Shown here in pieces: positions 58,965 to 64,000 of a stretch of 64,000 nt of DNA. A model generated the notes under the pieces. The model was not told the DNA's origin and ran no database searches. It saw only the letters and a list, made by a program, of their open reading frames with translations. Source of the stretch: Armatimonadota bacterium (GTDB lineage Bacteria > Armatimonadota > Fimbriimonadia > Fimbriimonadales > GBS-DC); assembly GCA_037444405.1 (NCBI GenBank), contig JBBIML010000008.1, positions 128,001 to 192,000 of the forward strand. Reading direction: 5' to 3'. Positions within the stretch are counted from its first letter, which is position 1, and the number at the start of each line of letters is the position of its first letter. Both the position numbers and the translations under genes were made by a program.

Positions 58965-59306
58965 ATGCGATGGATACGGCTGACGGTGCTGATAGCGACG
59001 GTGGGGCTGTTCGGTTTTTTGAGCGGGGTCGTGTGGATGAAGCCTGTTCGCGAGGCGCAGCGCAAACCGCGCGTGCAGGATTCGGTCGTCGCCCGCGAGT
59101 TCAAACTGGTTGATAGCGAGGGCAGGGTGCGTGCCGAGTTGGGCATCCCGTTCGGCGAGCCAGTGCTGTTCCTGTACGACCGTGCGGGCAAGCCGCGCGC
59201 CTGGCTGACGCTGGATAGTCAGGGCAACCCGCGCCTGATGTTTGTGGACAAAAATGATGCTCCGCTCTGGCAGGCGCCCCCGGCGGAGGCGAAAGCGTCG
59301 CCATGA
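58965..59306 (+). CDS. Hypothetical membrane-anchored protein
   Basis: TM helix, then repeated L.D..G..R beta-hairpin units; GGAGG RBS. Confidence 0.7.
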   Translation: MRWIRLTVLIATVGLFGFLSGVVWMKPVREAQRKPRVQDSVVAREFKLVDSEGRVRAELGIPFGEPVLFLYDRAGKPRAWLTLDSQGNPRLMFVDKNDAPLWQAPPAEAKASP

Positions 59307-59665
59307 TTGGTGGTATCGGCATCGATTCTATCGAGCTGTGTCGCATCGAGCGGGTGTGGCATCGCCAGCCGCGCTTCGTGGAGCGGATTCTGACCCCTGC
59401 GGAACGCGACTACTGCCTGCGCGCGCCGCGCCTCGCGCTCCAGCGCATCGCGGGACGCTGGGCTGCCAAAGAAGCCATCGCCAAAGCCGTCGGGCGCCCC
59501 CTGCGCTGGCAGGAGGTCGAAATCCTGCCCGATGAGCAGGGCGCACCCCGCGTGCAGCTGTACGGACACTCCGCCCAGCTCGCAGGCGCGGGCAAATTGC
59601 TGGTGAGCATCACGCACACCCGCACCGACGCGCTGGCAATCGCTCTCTGGATCCACGAGCCATGA
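59303..59665 (+). CDS. acpS: Holo-ACP synthase
   Basis: GIGIDSIE, AGRWAAKEAIAKA, GAP, VSITH. Confidence 0.93.
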   Translation: MIGGIGIDSIELCRIERVWHRQPRFVERILTPAERDYCLRAPRLALQRIAGRWAAKEAIAKAVGRPLRWQEVEILPDEQGAPRVQLYGHSAQLAGAGKLLVSITHTRTDALAIALWIHEP

Positions 59666-60291
59666 AACGAATCGTGATTTTAGTGTCAGGCAAGGCGCGT
59701 GGCACGAACATGGCAGCAATCATCGACGCCTGCCAGCGCGGGGAGATACCCGACAGCCAGGTGGTGCTGGTGATTGGCACACGCGCCGACGCGCCCGCGC
59801 TCGAAAAAGCCCGCGAGCGCGGCGTGCCCACCTGCATCATCGATCCCGGAGCCTTTCCCGACGACGAGGCGTACGGCGACGCGCTCCTGCGCACACTGAG
59901 CGAGGTGCAACCCGACCTTATCTGCCTGGCAGGCTATGTGCGCCTGCTGCCCGCGAAGGTGGTGCGCGCCTATCCCTATCGCATTCTGAACATCCATCCC
60001 GCCCTTTTGCCACTGTTCGGCGGCAGGGGCATGTACGGTCTGCGCGTGCATGAAGCCGTGCTTCAAAGCGGCATGAAAGTCGCGGGCTGTACCGTGCATT
60101 TTGTGGACGAGCAGTACGACACGGGTCCCATCGTGCTGCAGAGCGTGATTGAGGTTCACGACGACGACACGCCCGAAACGCTGGCGGCGCGGCTGCTGCC
60201 CGTGGAGCATGCGACCTACATTCGCGCGATTCGGCTCTTTGTGGAGGGGCGGTTGCGCGTGGAGGGGCGGCGCGTGCGCATCGACGCCTAA
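59662..60291 (+). CDS. purN: Phosphoribosylglycinamide formyltransferase
   Basis: SG..GTNM, LAGY, LNIHPALLP, GCTVHFV, DTGPI. Confidence 0.95.
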   Translation: MKRIVILVSGKARGTNMAAIIDACQRGEIPDSQVVLVIGTRADAPALEKARERGVPTCIIDPGAFPDDEAYGDALLRTLSEVQPDLICLAGYVRLLPAKVVRAYPYRILNIHPALLPLFGGRGMYGLRVHEAVLQSGMKVAGCTVHFVDEQYDTGPIVLQSVIEVHDDDTPETLAARLLPVEHATYIRAIRLFVEGRLRVEGRRVRIDA

Positions 60292-60728
60292 CGCCAGAAC
60301 GCGAAACGCAGGATTCCGTGAACCAGCCACGCCAGGATCAGAATAATCAGCCCCCAGTTAAGCAGCAGGGGATGGATACGGACGCCACGCCGGAAAATCA
60401 GCACCATCAGGCTGTTGATGCCGAGCGCGAGCGCGCCCACCAGCACCACAATCCCGAACGGGTTCGCCCGCCAGCCCAGTTGCCAGTCGCCGTGCAGCCA
60501 TGCGCTGACGCTGGTGGTCAGCCCGCATGAGGGGCACGGGCGACCCGTGAGAAAGTAGACACTGCATGGGGGCAGGTGCAGCTGCTGGTGCGTGCCGTGT
60601 CCCGACGGGTTCGGCTCCAGATACAGCCCCAGCCCGATCAGGGTCAGCACGCTCAGCACAATTAGCGCGTGCCCGAGCCGCGCCGCCCGATCAACCGGCG
60701 TGCAGGTAACAATCTCCACCGCCTTCAT
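60288..60728 (-). CDS. DUF2752-family membrane protein
   Basis: LPPC...TGRPCPSCGLTTS...HGD...NPFG. Confidence 0.85.
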   Translation of the reverse strand: MKAVEIVTCTPVDRAARLGHALIVLSVLTLIGLGLYLEPNPSGHGTHQQLHLPPCSVYFLTGRPCPSCGLTTSVSAWLHGDWQLGWRANPFGIVVLVGALALGINSLMVLIFRRGVRIHPLLLNWGLIILILAWLVHGILRFAFWR

Positions 60729-61396
60729 AGCAACAGATACTCGCCCAGAGCTGGCTCGCGCCGCGCCCCGTGCGGCTGCGGGATCGGCACGCCCAGCCGT
60801 CGCGTGAAATCGAACAGCACATGCGCGTCGTTGAGCGGGTAGTCGTCATCCTCGTGGGCGTACAGCTCGGCGTCCGACTCCCACTCCTCCTCGGTGAGCG
60901 GGATCAGGTACGGTTCGATCTCCTCTGGCTCCACTTTGAACAGTTCGCCGAGCAGGCGCGCCTCACCACAGAACTCGCTGATGTCGCCTGCCATCAGCTC
61001 CGCCAGCTCCGACGGCAGCGCCGCCAGCACCGTCTCAGGGTCGTTCACATAGGCGTCCTGCAGCGCGCCGTCCTGAAACACCATGTAGCTCCACAGCTCG
61101 CTCTCCTGCAGCGCGAAGCTCACCACCGCCGTCTCCAGGTCCTGTGACAGATGCTGGAGCACCCCATAGAAATCTTCGGCGTCCAGAGCGAAGGTGTCGG
61201 GCATAATGAAGCGTTGCCAGCCGTTGAGGGGCGCAAAACGATAGAACCGATCTTCGGGGTCCAGCTCCCACTCCTGAAGCGCCGTCTCGTTGGGTTCCAG
61301 CTCGATTTCGTAATCTTGCAGGAACCGCTGGAGCGAGCGGATAACCTCCGTGTGATCCTGTGTGCGCACGATCAGATAGTGTATGTTGAGTGCCAT
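60725..61396 (-). CDS. Hypothetical acidic protein
   Basis: Coupled to both neighbours, host-like codons, very Asp/Glu-rich. Confidence 0.7.
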   Translation of the reverse strand: MALNIHYLIVRTQDHTEVIRSLQRFLQDYEIELEPNETALQEWELDPEDRFYRFAPLNGWQRFIMPDTFALDAEDFYGVLQHLSQDLETAVVSFALQESELWSYMVFQDGALQDAYVNDPETVLAALPSELAELMAGDISEFCGEARLLGELFKVEPEEIEPYLIPLTEEEWESDAELYAHEDDDYPLNDAHVLFDFTRRLGVPIPQPHGARREPALGEYLLL

Positions 61397-61397
61397 A

Positions 61398-62006
61398 TCA
61401 GTCCTCCCCCAGCTGGAAGAGCAGGCTCCAGCTGGTTCGTTGCTGGATGATGCTGGCGCGCAGTTGCAGTTGCGGGATGGGTTGCCAGACGAAGGCGGCG
61501 TTCATGTTCCGCCCTGTATGCTCGGCAAGGATGAACAGCTGGTTGGTGAGCGGGATTTCGAAGCCGACGAACAGCGGGGGCATCCCTTCGAAGCCGACGC
61601 CCAGATGGAAGCGCAGGTCGTGATCCAGTGGGGTCTCGCCCAGCGTCGGCACACTGTAAGAGAGCGCCAGATAGTAGCCGCGCCCGCTCGCTGTGCGATC
61701 GAACAGGTCGACGACGCCAACCGACAACCCAGGCGTGTAGCCCGCGATTTCGGGGTAGAGGTTCACCTGCACGCCCACAAGGTCGGCTCTGCTGCCCTGT
61801 CCCGTCTGTACCGCCGACAGCTCCAGATAGTCGCCCAGCCGCCAGTTGAGCAGCCAGCGCTCGCGCGTCCGATCTGTGCGCAGCACGCCCAGCTCCACCT
61901 TGAAAAACTGCGGATAGAGCAGCCGACCCGTCGGCATCTCAATTACCCGGTCGGCGCGTGCCCATCCGCAAAGAAGCAGGGCAAGCATCACCCAGCCCAT
62001 TCGCAT
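61398..62006 (-). CDS. Hypothetical secreted protein, possibly outer-membrane beta-barrel
   Basis: Signal peptide, amphipathic beta strands, IEMPTG start. Confidence 0.65.
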   Translation of the reverse strand: MRMGWVMLALLLCGWARADRVIEMPTGRLLYPQFFKVELGVLRTDRTRERWLLNWRLGDYLELSAVQTGQGSRADLVGVQVNLYPEIAGYTPGLSVGVVDLFDRTASGRGYYLALSYSVPTLGETPLDHDLRFHLGVGFEGMPPLFVGFEIPLTNQLFILAEHTGRNMNAAFVWQPIPQLQLRASIIQQRTSWSLLFQLGED

Positions 62007-62163
62007 GGTAGAAGTGTACCTGTTTTCGCATCCCGTTGCCCGCAGTCAATCCCTCACCTGCGTGCCTTTTCGTGCGTCGAGCGCGGTGGAACACGGCAGA
62101 AAGGTAAACTTTTTATGGACGCGATTCAGCGGCGGAGCCGTCTAAAATAGCGGGAGGTGGACG

Positions 62164-64000
62164 ATGCGCTGGCTGTATATTGTCGCGCTGGTGCTGCTGG
62201 TGAGCATCGGCATTCTGGCGCTGCATCCGGGCACGGCGTTCCTCGTGCGCTGGCAAGCTGAGAAGCTCACCCACTACACCGAGCGTAAAAAGCTCTATGA
62301 AAGATTTCACGATCCGTATCACTATATTATTGCCGCAGTATCGCAGCATTTGTACTCCTATAAGCATTTCACTCTGCGCTATCAGGCGGAGACCCGTCGT
62401 TATCTGCAGGCGTGTGAACCACTGCTCAGGGCGCACCCTGGCGACGCGCAGATTGCGACGCTTCACATCCTGCTCAAACATGCAACGGACAATCAACAGA
62501 GGTATTTCATTCCAGATGTGTATTTTGAACCAGAATTCTTACCGAACCTGGTCATGATAATCGATAACCCACATTTTTATGATCCCCCGTCGTCGCCTTT
62601 GTCGCCGAAGGTGGTCGCTGACCTTCGGGCGTTATATCGGCGGTTCCCATCGGAGAAAGGTTTGCTGGCGTTCCTGCTGCTGGCTGAGGCGAATCGGCTG
62701 GGGCTGAAACGCAAAGAGGTTCAGAACCTCTTCTTTTATCGGTTAGGGCAGACGGGACCAGCCGGGGCTAAGTTCTGGCATTTGGGCGACAGGCGGAATG
62801 AGGAGGCGGGCAGGCGCGTGCTGGCGCTGGCGCGTGAGGGCGAGCGACTGGAGCCAGAGAATGGCTTCTTCACCTGGATGCGGGCAATCGCACTGCTGGA
62901 GCTGGGGCGGGATACGGAGGCGTTTCAGGCGTTGCAGGAGGCGGCTCGCAAACCGCGCTGGAACGACCATCGCGCATGGTTCATCGAGGCTCAATACAGA
63001 CTGATGACCCATCCCCAGATAGGGTATCCTTTGCGCTCCGCTGAAAAGGGGTTCTCGGAGCAGTTCGCAGACACTGCTACCAATTTGCCCTTCTGCTATA
63101 CGCTGGCGACCCGCCTGTTTGTGGGGCTGGCGGCAGCGCATGAAGAGCGCGGCGAGTGGCGCAAAGGGTTGACCATCCGCATGGCGCTGGCGCGCACCAT
63201 CGCCCAGATGCGCCATCAGCAAAGTTCTGTCGACTGGATCAGCCAGAGCGCGGACCTGCTTCGGCTGGTGGGGCTGTTCCCTGCCAGAAAGATGGCACCG
63301 CCCGAACACAAAGCCGACCGAGCCACGCGCCAGTACGCTTATCGACTGATGTCGGAAGCGAGGTGTAATGTGTCCAGCGCGTTGCGCTGGGGCTTCTTCC
63401 TGAACACGCTGCGCGAGCGCGGCTTCACGCGCGAGGCGGAATGGCTCGAAAATGAGCTGCGTACCAATCAGCGGACGGAGGCGCTGCTTCAGCAGTTCGG
63501 CGAGCGACTGAGTGGCTATCCAGGATGGTGGTGGATGTTTCGCGAACGGTGGCAGGCGATGAGCCATCGCTGGGCGCTGGTGGGCGCGTTCTGCCTGTGG
63601 CTGGCGCTGTTGACCCTGCTGGGCGCCGTGCTGACCAGCGTCAGCCGCTGGCTGCGCATGCCCGACGCGGTGCTGCTGACGCTGCTGTTCACGCTGGGAG
63701 CGGTGGGCGCGTTCAGCCTCGTGCTGTCCGATGCAGGCGCCCGAATCGTGCATGAGACGCTCGTTCGCCTGCGGGAACTGGTGGGAAGCTCTGGCTGGTC
63801 ATTTTATTCACCGTATCCGCATGCGCCTGTCGTGCTATCAACCCCTGCTTCGCCGGCTTCACGCAAGCAGCAGTTCATCCACTGGCTGCTGGACAACCCG
63901 CATGCGCTGCAAATGGCGCTGGGCGTGCTGACCTTTGTGTTGCTGCTGATGGTGGTGCTGCTGATTGCGCTGGTTCAGCATCGGCGGTCAGGTGAGGGCT
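62164..64000 (+). CDS. Hypothetical membrane protein (partial; runs off the window)
   Basis: GGAGG RBS and ATG 62164 (MRWLYIVALVLLVSIGILAL...); frame appears open to the window end; TPR-like GERLEPENGFF segment and C-terminal TM helices. Confidence 0.75.
   Translation, partial: MRWLYIVALVLLVSIGILALHPGTAFLVRWQAEKLTHYTERKKLYERFHDPYHYIIAAVSQHLYSYKHFTLRYQAETRRYLQACEPLLRAHPGDAQIATLHILLKHATDNQQRYFIPDVYFEPEFLPNLVMIIDNPHFYDPPSSPLSPKVVADLRALYRRFPSEKGLLAFLLLAEANRLGLKRKEVQNLFFYRLGQTGPAGAKFWHLGDRRNEEAGRRVLALAREGERLEPENGFFTWMRAIALLELGRDTEAFQALQEAARKPRWNDHRAWFIEAQYRLMTHPQIGYPLRSAEKGFSEQFADTATNLPFCYTLATRLFVGLAAAHEERGEWRKGLTIRMALARTIAQMRHQQSSVDWISQSADLLRLVGLFPARKMAPPEHKADRATRQYAYRLMSEARCNVSSALRWGFFLNTLRERGFTREAEWLENELRTNQRTEALLQQFGERLSGYPGWWWMFRERWQAMSHRWALVGAFCLWLALLTLLGAVLTSVSRWLRMPDAVLLTLLFTLGAVGAFSLVLSDAGARIVHETLVRLRELVGSSGWSFYSPYPHAPVVLSTPASPASRKQQFIHWLLDNPHALQMALGVLTFVLLLMVVLLIALVQHRRSGEG

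Overview
A 64 kb, GC-rich, gene-dense bacterial chromosomal window. The gene families (prepilin/H-X9-DG protein, fused SecDF, several orphan secreted proteins) suggest Armatimonadota; this is inference only. It is mostly dispersed housekeeping and metabolic genes: secDF, transketolase, sucD, MCC-type carboxyltransferase, kbl-like, rplJ-rplL with an L10 leader, asd, argC, ndk, trpS, thiolase, fused 2-oxoacid dehydrogenase E1, icd, pilC, folK, hutI, hinT, der, mqnE, acpS and purN. It also holds three tRNAs (Val-CAC, Leu-GAG, Arg-CCG) and a mosaic surface-polysaccharide block (about 17.7-26.7 kb) containing a CapK/PaaK-like pseudogene. The best candidate for an undescribed system is 51056..51802(-). 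It encodes an IS200/IS605 TnpA (Y1 HUH) domain that has lost its catalytic residues, fused to an RpoD-like sigma-70 region 4 domain. It has its own promoter, is translationally coupled to hinT, and shows no tnpB or IS ends, so it looks like a domesticated transposase. Other signals: two families of REP-like palindromes (one copy sits in frame inside the transketolase gene), a small basic CC1/DUF5679-like candidate nucleoid protein followed by a structured 3' region, widespread GG-TAnnnT -10 boxes just upstream of start codons (some as back-to-back palindromes), and strong avoidance of GGCC and ACGT. No CRISPR array, rRNA or prophage was seen. All assignments come from reading the sequence by eye; no database search was run.
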